From Eledone cirrhosa (taxonomy: Eukaryota): DNA of 64,000 nt. The notes beneath the pieces were generated by a model. That model was not told the origin of the DNA. It did no database searches and worked only from the letters and a program-made list of their open reading frames with translations. This document shows positions 1 to 12,154 of this stretch, one piece after another. Location of the stretch: the NCBI GenBank assembly GCA_964016885.1, contig OZ024743.1, positions 223,820,001 to 223,884,000 on the forward strand, given 5' to 3'. Position numbers and translations under genes: made by a program. Position 1 is the first letter of the stretch; the number at the start of each line of letters is the position of its first letter.

Positions 1-258
1 CAGCAAAATTGTTGGTGAGCTGTTCACTGTTAGATTTAGCCGGCCATTCTCTTTGTCTGTCAGTGGAGGTGGGGTGGTTGTCTACAAGGGCTGTATTTGT
101 AGTATCACTCGATTCCGTTAGATGTATCAATTTACATCTAATGATACGTTTTGCCTGTTCATTTAGATGCTTTGGAGAAAAGTCTAATTCTGGGTGTTTG
201 GAGTTCTATAAAGTTTTTAGCCTTTGCATAAAACCGAACTTTTGGGGTTCAGATTGTT
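1..258 (-). mobile_element. Fragment of an R4/Dong-like RLE non-LTR retrotransposon (second family), N-terminal region, runs off the window start
   Basis: Minus strand translates QSEPQKFGFMQRLKTL*NSKHPELDFSPKHLNEQAKRII, which aligns by eye with GYMNRMKLHWDEMHPELNYFTAKQLHQQATFV in the element at 5457. It abuts (ATGT)n, i.e. (TACA)n on its own strand. Confidence 0.6.
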
Positions 259-365
259 ATGTATGTATGTATGTATGTATGTATGTATGTATGTATGTAT
301 GTATGTATGTATGTATGTATGTATGTATGTATGTATGTGTGTGTGTGTGTATGTGTGTGTGTGTG
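259..365. repeat. (ATGT)n/(GT)n microsatellite
   Basis: Directly visible. Confidence 0.95.
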
Positions 366-833
366 TCAAGTTGAGAAAGAAAAAATATAATTATGTACGT
401 ATATCCAGAACGGCGAATGATAACTGTACTCACTTAAATGACAAATTCTCAGACGGCTGTTTCATGGAACTCAGAATTCGAAGTTTATAATCAATTTTAA
501 TGACTGATATGAATCACCTGTTATCGATTTTGTAATAAACATCGCCAAGACCAACGGTAACATTTCCAATCAATAGTGAGCTTGGGGGTCTTTCCTATAT
601 AAATTTCACATTCTACATTAAACTACCAATCTGTCCAAGCACAGCGCTAAAGATAAAAACACATGGTGCTTAAAAGAATAACGTCATACAGAAGGCCAGA
701 TATTTGACAGGACTGGTCATAAAGAATGCTAAAGATAGCAGCCAAACAAGTCCTTATGTGACAGCTCCACAAATTTAAATATTTTATAAGCTATGCTCTG
801 AATTTAATGTTCATCGAGCTTTTTACGTTGAGT

Positions 834-835
<2 letters not shown>

Positions 836-900
<65 letters not shown>
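836..900. repeat. (TA)n microsatellite
   Basis: Directly visible. Confidence 0.95.
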
Positions 901-903
<3 letters not shown>

Positions 904-2373
904 ACAGAACCTTAAATCACCAAAAACCTGCCTAAATACAAAAACAGAAATTTTCACCAGTTGCCCACGCATGAAATCACACTTGCTTTCCAGCTCATAT
1001 AAACATAACTCACTTTCAGATACTTATCCTCCATAAACTCTTATGCTTCAATTTCCTTTACAGACTTCTCTTTCTGATTTACTTTCATTGTTAACTTTAT
1101 TTTTAATTTAATTTTATTTTTACTTCACATCCACCAGTAACCCCCCCCCCCCTACTTTTCGATTCACTTACCTAATATCTTCACATTCCACATTTTACTT
1201 CCCCATTTTCTTTCACTACCTGATAAAACTTGTCACTTGCGTTTTCCACTCTAGATATATTCTGTTGTTTCGCAGTCGATTTTATATTTGTACTCATTTA
1301 TTCATACGGCTGGTTTATAATCTGTATCTATGCGTCTGAGTGTGCATATGTGTGTATACGTTCTGTATATGTGTACGAACGCCTCCGTATGTGCGCGTGC
1401 GTACGTATATATATATGTGTGTGTATGTGTGTTTTTATATCTATGTTTTATTATATCTATGTTTTTTACATACTTATTTATACGTGTGTGTGTATGCGGG
1501 CGAATGTATGTGTATGTGTATGTATATGTGTGTATATGTATACGTATGTATGGGTGGGTATGTATATATGTATATATATATATATAGTCGCGTACGTACG
1601 AGTGATAAGATATACATGTGGCGATATATATATATATATATACGTGCCTCGTGTGTATGTATGTACGCATGCATGCGCTTTTGTCTGTACGTATTTGTGT
1701 ATAAATATTTATATATATATATATGTGTGTGTACGTTCGTACCTATGTTTGTTTTATTTTTTCTAGTGTTAATTGATTACTTTCTCTTTGATTTAAAATT
1801 TTTTTCATTCTCATATATTGTTTCATTTTTATACATATATCGAGAATGACATTTCTTTTTACTATTACACTCCCTTCCCTCTTTATCTTCCGCATATAAG
1901 TGACCGCCCGTGTGTGTGTGTTTATACGCGTGCTTTCATACTCGTATGTGTATTTAATACCTGTATCTGGATGCGTGTTAATTATATTATCTTACAATTT
2001 CTTTTTCAATTCATATTATATACGTATTTGTGGTCACATATACACAAATATACTTGCCCTCATATATGTACTTACGCACACATTTTCACCATACACATGC
2101 ATTTGTACATACACACATATGTACATTTGTGAGTGTATATACATACATATACACACACCCTAACTATATTTCATTTTTTTTTATATATCTCTTGCATTAC
2201 TTTTATTTATATATTTTTTGCCCGTTAAACTCTTACCTTTCTAGAGGAGACTTTTCAAATATTTCACTGTTTTAAATTGCCTTGTCCGACGAACGAATGA
2301 GGACGTTTTTCGTATTCGTCTTATTCGGGAAACTTCTGGTAATGAGGTAATTATATTGTATTGTTTATTATAC

Positions 2374-2375
<2 letters not shown>
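901..2375 (+). mobile_element. 5'-truncated Penelope-like element: endonuclease C-terminal tail, long 3' UTR, terminal hammerhead
   Basis: From 902 it reads LQNLKSPKTCLNTKTEIFTSCPRMKSHLLSS, resembling the LNxxxExxxxCxH tail of PLE GIY-YIG proteins (H to R by CAC>CGC). Hammerhead at 2275-2352. Bounded by (TA)n on both sides. Confidence 0.55.
2275..2352 (+). ncRNA. Type I hammerhead ribozyme motif, variant core CCGACGA
   Basis: Stem I aattgccttgt/atgaggtaatt (11 pairs including G-U); CCGACGA 2286-2292; stem II cgaatgag-g-acg/cgt-cttattcg; GAAAC 2329; cleavage triplet GTA 2339-2341. Confidence 0.75.
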
Positions 2376-2455
<80 letters not shown>

Positions 2456-2500
2456 GGTGTAAACAGAAATTTATCATGATAATTTCTCCTCTGAATATAC

Positions 2501-2653
<153 letters not shown>

Positions 2654-2678
2654 CTGCAGGTAGCACATGGATGACATG

Positions 2679-3292
2679 TAATAAAATGAGTCCCTCATCA
2701 GTGATTTGCCGAAGATCATAGATATTTCATTGCATTAAAAATCATATACCTCACGTCGGTGCAATAATAACCAAAATAAGTTATTAGGACAATTAAAACG
2801 CGTAAAGCGAGTGAGACAGGAGAACAACAAAGAGTATGGCTAACCAGGGGAAAGAAACAAGCTTCAAAAATTATTCTGTTTAGCATAAGCTAGGACTGTT
2901 CCCCCATTCTCTCTGTTTCTCCTCCTCTGTCATGTCAGTTAACTCTTCCTCACACTTTCACTCACTCACTGTTTCTCTCTCTTCTCTTCATTTCATCCTG
3001 TACACCACGAAGGCTATTTTTCTCTCTCCGCACATAGCCTTCGCTCGTGTCGGGTCTGTTCTAAAAGCGCTCATATATTCACCTAGCTTATGCTAAACAG
3101 AATAATATATGAAGCTTGTTTCTTTCCCCTGGTTAGCCATACTCTTTGTTGTTCTCCTGTCTCACTCGCTTTACGCGTTTTAATTGTCCTAATAACTTAT
3201 TTTGGTTATTATTGCACCGGCGTGAGGTATATGATTTTTAATGCAATGAAATATCTATGATCTTTGGCAAATCACTGATGAGGGACTCATTT

Positions 3293-3297
<5 letters not shown>
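2679..3297. repeat. Fold-back element with inverted arms of about 215 bp (2679-2894 / 3082-3297), probable inverted PLE pLTR
   Basis: The arms are near-perfect reverse complements, contain CTGATGA (3275-3281) and are flanked by (TA)n/(GA)n. Confidence 0.85.
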
Positions 3298-3373
<76 letters not shown>

Positions 3374-3386
3374 GTTATATGTGTGT

Positions 3387-3427
<41 letters not shown>

Positions 3428-3485
3428 CGTAAGAGTAGGCATATGTAACCGCATATGTAAGCGCATATGTGTATATACGTGGGTC

Positions 3486-3529
<44 letters not shown>

Positions 3530-3606
3530 TGAGTAATATTAGATATTACCTAGTTACAAGTATAATACACAGCCGAAATGCAATGTAAATAATAATCAAG
3601 GAGTGT

Positions 3607-4103
3607 TTAATCTTTCAAAGATTTAATAAATAACGATCGTTTCATCGGAGCTATTACAAAAGTTAAACGCAAATATAAGATCAAAACTTTGATATATACT
3701 ATGAGAGGTTAGATAAGCGTAGGCTAATATTTTTTTAAATGCTTTAAACCTTTAGCTTTTTTTTTAAATACATTTTTTCTCTGTCTCCTATTACTAATTT
3801 TTCCAGAAACAATTTTGTCCACAATTATATATGATTTAGGTTTTTACTGTACTTCATTTATCTGTAACTGCATGTATCTTCATTTACTTTATTTTATTTT
3901 ATTGTATGTTATCTGCTCCTATTTTTCATGTTTTCCGCCTCAGTCACCATATATAAATATTAATGCTTGCGCTTGCGCTTATCTAACCTCTCATAGTACA
4001 TATCTTCCAAATGTTCTTGTAACAAAGTTTTGTAATAACTCCGATGATTCCTGCTGTGTGGTAGGATGAAATGATCGTTAGTTATTAAATGTTTGAAAGA
4101 TTA

Positions 4104-4104
<1 letters not shown>
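3607..4104. repeat. Fold-back element with short inverted arms (about 3607-3660 / 4028-4104) containing a hammerhead
   Basis: ttaatctttcaaa...ttacaaaa is the reverse complement of ttttgtaa...tttgaaagattaa. (TA)n lies on both sides. Confidence 0.7.
4034..4086 (+). ncRNA. Type I minimal hammerhead motif, variant core CCGATGA
   Basis: Stem I aataact/agttatt; CCGATGA 4041-4047; stem II tcctgc/gtagga; GAAA 4068; near-palindromic stem III (t/c)gatcg; triplet GTT. Confidence 0.75.
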
Positions 4105-4166
<62 letters not shown>

Positions 4167-4171
<5 letters not shown>

Positions 4172-4635
4172 TATGGTTGCTAGGATGTGTCCATAGGCGG
4201 TATGCCGGTTGAGCACTCTATGCTCCTTCGGAGCAGAGTATGATAATATGGAAAGCGAAGAATCAGTGATGCATCAGAACACAATTTATTACGTATTACA
4301 ATTGTTTCTCCGGCGAACAGCTCGAGGTGCGATCTGTTTGTGGATCGAACCTGACTCTAGATTCGCAAGTTCTTCAGATACGTCTAGTGCAAATTCTCTT
4401 TCTGCTGGGCTCCGACCCTTCGAATTTTTATCATCTGCCATCAACCTGTTTGCGCTGCACTTAGATTGGTTGATAGTTCGTGACGTCATCATAGTGCTTG
4501 ACCATTGAAATCTTCCCTCTGGCCATCTCCATTCAGGCGTGAGCTGTCACTCACCCCAATCCCATCGCCAAAATTATTGGTGTGTGTAGGAGAGTTTTTA
4601 TGAATTCCCAGGCCAATCCCTTGCCTCCCCATACA
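4167..4635 (-). mobile_element. Possible solo LTR
   Basis: On the minus strand it begins TGTATGG and ends CCATACTACA, with AATAAA about 120 nt before the end. It is a higher-GC island between microsatellites. Confidence 0.35.
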
Positions 4636-4846
4636 TATAGACACACAGGCACATGTGCTCACACCTATATACAGGCATTCCGAGCCATTAATCGTACACT
4701 TATCTGTGTGGACCTGCACATATACAGACACACACACACATAGAGCTTGCGTGCTTGTGTTCACACATGTTCATACATATATATATTCACCTCTCATATA
4801 TAAGTACATTAATACACAGACACATGCCCACACGTACACAAAAATG

Positions 4847-4915
<69 letters not shown>

Positions 4916-4973
4916 TGTCATTTTTATATGGATAGGCGTACACATGCATAAATACAAATACATACATACATAT

Positions 4974-5214
4974 ATGGTGGCTGCCAACTCGTTTTCGAGT
5001 ACGGCCACTACTTTATATCCATGTAGGAGAACCCCTACCGGTGCGCTGAACGAGTGTGACTTTTTAGTCCAGCGACTTGAAAACTCTGGTACAAACACTA
5101 CACCTGTGACAATCATTGACACACAGTGCTGGGCCCATGGCACCACGTGACGACAAGTGCAGAGAGATCTCCAGATATAAAGCAATGCCTGTGCTGTGAA
5201 GCTTTTATAGTGAG
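4974..5214 (-). mobile_element. 3' fragment of an RTE-derived element (same family as 60530-61138)
   Basis: Near-identical to 60530-60773; 3' end runs into (ATGT)n. Confidence 0.7.
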
Positions 5215-5456
5215 ACATACATATATACATATATACATACACACACACATAAACACACACACACATACATCCATTTCATACATACATATATACATACATA
5301 CGTACATACATATATATATACATACATTTCATACATACGTATATACATACATACGTACGTAGATACATACATACATACATACATACATACGTACATGCAT
5401 ACATAAATAGATACATACATTTCATACATACATATATGCATACATACATACATACA

Positions 5457-8400
5457 CTATACAGTCAACGCGATCAGTCGCGTATTTTGGCGGGGGAGAC
5501 TATTTATTAAATTTAAGATGAATACTATCTCCGACAGTAATGCCACAACTACTGTCATGTTGAATAACTGGTTATTCTTCTAACTACATCTTCTGAAGAC
5601 ACCTTTTATTCGAATTCGTAGAGATATCCGACTAAATACATAATTCATTTTATGAGGATTTGTTGCAAACAGCATGGCTGAACAACAACATCAACAACAA
5701 AATTAAGGAAGTACCGAAGACAACCAACAAGAAAGGTGAACAAACGTTATTCAGTTATAGCTACAGAAGACACCGAAATTATAAATCGCATTTCTCTTGG
5801 AGTTGTGAACTTAATAATGATTTATTTAATTGTTATAAAATGGCAAAAAACAATCCCTCCATTGGCTATATGAACAGAATGAAGCTACACTGGGACGAAA
5901 TGCACCCAGAGCTAAATTATTTCACAGCGAAACAATTACACCAACAAGCGACGTTTGTTGAACGTAAAAATAAGATAAATATTATTAATTGTAAGTCCCC
6001 CACAACAAACATGGGATCAACAACACGTGCTACAGGTCGCCATGCTACTAGACTTCCTAGCAGCCAGGTTGAACAGTGCCTTGAAACAACTTGTACCATC
6101 TAAGTCTACCTCGAATACTGGGGAAAACACTTTCGATAATAATAATAATAATCGAAGAAACTTGACACCACGTATACCATCCGAGTCTACCTCGACTGTT
6201 GTGGAAAATACTATCGATAATGATAATAATCAAAAGTATAAACAATTGAAAATTTCCCTCAACGAAATCTTCCAGAGAGAAATTAATTCATGTATAAATA
6301 TTTCCCTTGCTGAACGTATTAAAACGACAATGTTTAATAAAAAAATCAAATAATGAAATATTACGTGTTATTGACGAAATAGGGGATGATTATTTACGAC
6401 GGATAAAAACCCCAACATTTTGGCAAATCAACGCCTGTTTATATGCCTTAGCAACGACAGTGAAGCATTATCTTGGTGATAGCAGAGATATTAACAAGAA
6501 CAAAACACCACCAAAATTACCATCATATATAACTAAAATAGATTAAAAGATTGCTGACCTACGAAAAACCATAAGATATGTGACAATGCTCCTTACATGC
6601 AAACAAACACAACAAAAACCTCACTCCTCACCAACAAAGAGTGAAAAATAAAATAGAGACGATGTTTGGTAAACTGATATTCTATCGGAGGTATCTTACT
6701 GACCTCTACCAACAAGTTCTTAGGGGAGACACCCACTTGGCAAAAAACTACCGACCCATTGCATGCCAGAACCTGATGTATAAGATGTATACAGCCTGCC
6801 TGAACCTATTCCTCCAAGATCACTGTGAAAATAATAATAATATCACAGATGAACAATCAGCTAGAAAGAAAGGGGTTTGGAGATGTGCTGAACAACTCCT
6901 AATCAACAAAACTGCGATGTCGGAGGTGCGACAACTTAGGAGGAATATGGCTACAGTCTGGCTGGACTACAGGAAAGCTTTCGATTCTGTTCCCCACTCT
7001 TGGATGGTAGAGGCCCTCCAAATTGCTAAAGTCCCAGACATTATTGTCAGAGCCATAGAGTGGCTGTCTTCTTCTTGGGCTACTATCCTAAGGTTAAAGA
7101 CAAAGAGGGAGGACTCTATTTTCACTGATAAAATAAAATATTGCAGGGGTATATTTCAGGGGGACAGTCTCTCTGTGATATTATTCATCTTGTCATTAAA
7201 CCCTTTGTCCTTTCTGCTCAAGAAATGTGAGGGATACATCATTGGCTCACAGGACAGAAATACGAACCTAACCCATAATTTCTTTGTGGACGATCTGAAA
7301 CTCTATGCCAAGAACATGGATGGGATGAAGAAAAATCTTGACCTAGTTACAACGTTCTCAAAGGATATAGGAATGGAGTTTGGCCAAGATAAATGCTCAT
7401 ACATGACTGTAAAGCGGGGAAAAACAACAACCCAATCTAGCAACATTGTCATCAATGTCCTAACTGTTTCACTGATATCTGATGAGGACTGCTACAGGTA
7501 CCTGGGGATAGATGAGAACATATCCTATAATGGTATCTGTAATAAAGAACGCGTAACCAGGGAATACTACACCCGATTAAGAAAGATCTGGTTATCGGAA
7601 CTCTCTGCGCAAAACAAAACAGTGGCTCACAATGTGTTTGCTGTGCCTGTCCTAACACCAACGTTTGGAATACTCAATTGAACGATAGACGAAATCCGAG
7701 CAGTTGATGTTGGAACTCGAAAAATACTAAACAACACCGGAAACTTCCACATGAACAGTGACATAGACCGCCTTTACTTGAAACGTAAGCAGGGAGGCAG
7801 AGGCCTAACATCAGTCCAGACAACATTTGAATGTCGCATCATATCTCTCCGACAACATCTATGAACCTCGAAGCGTAGGAGCCCGTTTCTCGAGCAAGTC
7901 TATCTGCATGAAACAGATAAGATCATGAGAGTTGGGAAGGAACTCCTTGAGAGATATTCCCTGTGTGATAATGAAAACCTCACACCCAGAGAAGTGACTC
8001 AGCAGTATCGCAGTGAATCCATGGATGAAAAGCTGCATGCTTATCAGCAAAAAATCATGCATGGATATGTTGCCAGGAAGCTCCAGGATGAGAGTAATAT
8101 AGATAAGGAAAGTAGTCTATCTTGGACCAACACCCGCTATATTGGCTCCCACTTTGAAGGATACGCTTTTGCAATCCAAGAACAGGAGATTAACACGAAA
8201 TACCTGATTCACAACATAGATATGGATGCAGGCAAAACACCTAGATGTGAAAACAAGTGCAGACTCTGCAGAACTAACATCGAGGATATCACCCATGTCA
8301 TCAGCAGCTGTCTAAAGATGTCATCGCGGTACTATCTACCTATGAGGCATGATGTAGTGGCCAAAACACTGTACAATGTAATTCGTAAAAAAAGATATCC

Positions 8401-9067
8401 CCGATAATAAACACATTAAAAGCTACATCAATGCGAAAGACATCCATGTAGATAATATGAAAGAGTACTGGTGGAATGTTCCAGTAAAATCCTCAATAAA
8501 ATGCAGGCATAACAAACCAGATATTATGATATGGGACAGGGAGAAGAAAGCATGCACAGTAGTGGAAATTAGCTGCCCAGCACATGCTAATATAATATCA
8601 AAGATTAGCGAAAAGGAGAATATTTATGCAGAACTGATGAGAAATCTACAGATACTCCACCCTGATTACACCTTCGGATTTATGCCTGTGAATATTGGAA
8701 CACTGGGGGTATGTTAGTAACTGCCTCAATCTTGAGAAGTTAGGCTTCACAGGAACAGAAAGAACACAACTAGTTAGGAAATTACAAGTACAATCCATTA
8801 ATGGAATAGTAAAAATATGTAAAACATTCCAAACATTTTGAATCTAATAACCTCATATACACAAATACATATGCAAAGCATATACACATGCACACATACA
8901 ACTCAAAACATACACATCCACACATACAATAACATCCATATCTACACATGCAGGCATACATAATCTACCTAGTTGATATTGTGTAATTCCCAATGAGAGA
9001 GTCTTGTGTCTAAAACCGACTCACTCTCTATTGGTAACACTTTGTGAAATTGTAAAACCAGAAGAAA
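5457..9067 (+). mobile_element. R4/Dong-like RLE non-LTR retrotransposon, both ends present, internally deleted
   Basis: Single disrupted ORF with RT and C-terminal CCHC + PD-(D/E)xK nuclease. 5' end shared with the copy at 61225. (TACA)n on both sides; candidate TSD atgcatacatacatacataca at 5436-5456 and 9068-9088. Confidence 0.85.
5674..8841 (+). pseudogene. Disrupted RT-RLE polyprotein
   Basis: RT motifs NYRPIAC, WLDYRKAFDSVPH, GIFQGDSLS, FVDDLK, YRYLG. Zinc knuckle CRLC...EDITHVISSC, then RHD and KPDIMIWD...VVEISCP. Several stops and frameshifts, and a deletion of roughly 0.4 kb near 6668 relative to the copy at 61225. Confidence 0.9.
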
Positions 9068-9242
9068 ATGCATACATACATACATACATACATTTCATAC
9101 ATACATTTCATACATACATACATATATACATGCATTCGTACATACATACATACATAAATACATACATACATTTCATACATTTATACATACATGCATACGT
9201 TTCATCCATATATACATACATACTTACATGCGTTTTATACAT

Positions 9243-9510
9243 ATCACCTTGATCATCTTGACCGACCAGTCTGTCGGGCGCCAATCTGCGCCGCTGGTCA
9301 CAGCACGTCGTGCTGTTTTAGCCATAAGATAACGCCATCCCTCTGGCTGGGCGGGCAGGCCGGTACTCATTTCTACAGCTGAGTAAACTAGAGCAATGTG
9401 AAATAAAGTGTCTTGCTCAAGGAAACAACACATCACCCGGTCCGAGAATTGAACTCACAACCTTTCGATTGCAATCCCAATGCTTTAACCACTAAGCCAT
9501 GCGCCTTCAC
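9243..9510 (-). mobile_element. tRNA-derived SINE
   Basis: Minus strand begins gtgaaggcgcaTGGCTTAGTGG (A box) ... GAGTTCAATTC (B box), then ccttgagcaagacactttatttcac, also seen at 43734-43860. Confidence 0.75.
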
Positions 9511-9681
9511 GTTTTATACATATAAACAGGCATAAAGACAGAAATGCATACTGTGCTGGAATAATGTAATTATCTGTTAACAATCGGCTTGTTTCCAGAA
9601 ATATAGTGATTTATATGTGTTATATTAATCAGACTTGGTATAAAATTATGGACAGTTGCCAATATTTAGCTGTCTGATATA

Positions 9682-10439
9682 TCAATATATATATACATAT
9701 ATATAAAACTGAAGTTCTGTGTGTGTGTCCTAATTTTGGCAAAGTCTATACAAATCCACATTTCTACTCCGATTGACTTCAAACTTGCATTTATATATTC
9801 CGTGCGATCTAGAGATATTAACTGCAGCTTTTATTTTTCAATTTTCTGTTGTTAAAGGCGTTTTTTTTCACTAAAACTTTAAGCCCTTTTTGTCGGCAAT
9901 TTTGTCTACAATGTTCAAGAGAGACAACTCTTTAGTATTCTGAAAGAGTTACCTCTCTTTATAGATTATATTATCCCTACTTAAATGTACATCCCTTGAA
10001 ATTGTTGATGGTGACCCCAATAGTAACCCGAAGCGTTCGGCATCCGATATAACAGTTCGGTCTATATCAGATTAGGTAGATTTTGTAACCTTAAAAGTGT
10101 CCAACTAAATTCCTTCATGCTCTCCACCACTGCAGTCCCACATGCTTACTGCTCTGTAACTATTGCTTTCATTGTACCATAGCACAACAAATACATGTTC
10201 GGTTTGTCGAATGCCTTTTTACTCTATCTTCTTGGCTTTCGTGGGTTGAACATTTTACTCTCAGGCACCCAATTAAGTTAAACCCCTGGTAATCTACGAC
10301 GATTTTTTTTATAAGCACAAAATGTAGACATCATCCCCAGACCGAGGTATTCCGTACTTCTCTGTACTGTTTCAGAAAGGAGGGATAAACATGCCAATCT
10401 ATGTTTAGAAGCCCGAGCAATGCCGGGTCATTCTGCTAG
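9682..10439 (+). mobile_element. Non-autonomous Helitron
   Basis: 5' TC followed by (TA)n-taaaactgaag; 3' GC hairpin cccg-agcaatgc-cggg, then CTAG at 10436-10439; sits between A and T; no TSD. Confidence 0.7.
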
Positions 10440-10451
10440 TATATATATATA

Positions 10452-10634
10452 ATAAAACAAGGACGAATGGTTACTCCTTCATTACATTTATTGGTTGGTG
10501 ACGCGTGTTTCGCTATTGATCAGCTCAAGGTTTACAGAGTCGGGCTAGATCGATACAGATCGAACCTTGAGCTGATCAATAGCGTCACCAACCAATAAAT
10601 GTAATGAAGGAGTAACCATTCGTCCTTGTTTTAT
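10452..10634. repeat. Fold-back element (arms 10452-10532 / 10563-10634) carrying a hammerhead 3' half
   Basis: The arms are reverse complements. The minus strand of the left arm reads gct-gatcaat-agc GAAAC acgc GTC accaacc. Element lies between (TA)n tracts. Confidence 0.8.
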
Positions 10635-10735
10635 GGTACTACACTCTGTCTAGCTCTACACCTCGATACCGACGTGAACCAAAACATCGAGTGCTCACCC
10701 GGGTGAACCTACAGTAACTCTGCGTTACACTCCCT

Positions 10736-10786
<51 letters not shown>

Positions 10787-11105
10787 TGTGTGTGTGTGTG
10801 TATGTATATATATAGTGGAGGTATATTTGGAAGCATATACGATTTTTGTGTTCTTGTCACCGATGACGGATAAACATCCAGAAAGACGTATTGGATATTC
10901 TCACACAGCTATTGAGACAGCTGGGGCATATATATATATTTACAAACACACCGAGCATTATAATAAATGTTCGGTGAATCCATACGTACATATATATATG
11001 TGTGCATGTATGTATATATATATACATACTACTATACGTATGTATACATATATGTATGTACGTGTACATACTTATATTTAAGTATCAGCCGTTCAATCAT
11101 CTGGT

Positions 11106-11162
11106 AGGAATGTATACGTTGCTGACGATAGCTAATAAGCTTGAAACTAGTACAGCGTTCCT
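11106..11162 (+). ncRNA. Type I minimal hammerhead motif, canonical core
   Basis: Stem I acgttg/cagcgt extended by agga/tcct; CTGACGA 11122-11128; stem II agct-aata-agct; GAAA 11143; palindromic stem III actagt; triplet GTA. Confidence 0.8.
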
Positions 11163-11907
11163 TTGTCAGTGTTGAACAAATGAGCAACGATGGTTTTAAT
11201 TTTAATGTTTTCTGACTAATATATTGATTATATACTTAATTTTAATATACTTTTAAATATACTTGTGATTACCTTTTGAGTTATGATAAACATAAATTTA
11301 TCTCTTTCACGTTACATTTGCTTTAACTCTGATATAATACAATAATATAAATCCTTTCAAATTTTATAGTCTAAAATCTTATGTCATTTGATTAATTGAC
11401 TATTTCTAATTAACTTAAGATTTGAAAATAAACGGTCACGCATCATATGCCTAGATATCCCCCCGCCGCTATCTAATTATACACTATTTATACGTTACAA
11501 TGCATATCTTCCTCCCTTTGTTTATACTATTAAACTTATTTTCATTTCTTCTCTCTATCCTTTGATCATTTCTCCCTTCTTTTGTTCCTACGATCACATC
11601 TCTTTCTTTTTCTTTCTTTCCTCATGATTTGCTTTCTCGATCTCTCACTTCCACTATCTGCAATAATGAGGTACGCATATCTTATTATTATTTAAATTTT
11701 TAACAGTTATATAAGTTTATGTATTATATAGTATTAGCTATTTATTATTATATATCTTTATACACATTCTCATACGCACCCTCTGTATTATATGTAATTT
11801 TTCACGTTTCAACTTAAGGTATATAAATATTGAGTTTTGTCATAACTAATCACTGCCATGGCTGAATTATAACCATCAACATAGTCAAGGTATGTCAGGC
11901 ATCAACT

Positions 11908-11973
11908 TATTTTATCTGATGAGGACGTACTGTTGAAATAGCTCAGTACCTCTGAAATATGTATAATAAAATA
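11908..11973 (+). ncRNA. Type I minimal hammerhead motif, canonical core
   Basis: Stem I tattttat/ataaaata (8 bp); CTGATGA 11916-11922; stem II gtactg/cagtac; GAAA 11954; stem III tatgta (a TACGTA palindrome after CpG decay); triplet ATA. Confidence 0.75.
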
Positions 11974-12115
11974 TATTTGATCACATGAATGTCTATATTT
12001 ATTAATATTTTGAAGTAATATTAATAACCCCAGAAAACCTACTGTAGAGTGCTTCTAATCTATTGTGAAACTTTATTCATTGATTAATTCATTGAACCTT
12101 GTTAAACTTTTAATC

Positions 12116-12146
<31 letters not shown>

Positions 12147-12154
<8 letters not shown>

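Noticed and set aside
7479-7500. CTGATGA in the R4-like element (also 63714; CTGAAGA at 5593)
   Set aside because: No stem II plus GAAA or stem I; the 7479 and 63714 hits lie in RT coding sequence.
9430-9510. tRNA gene (also 43734-43810)
   Set aside because: A and B boxes continue into a SINE body and no clean cloverleaf forms; these are SINE heads.
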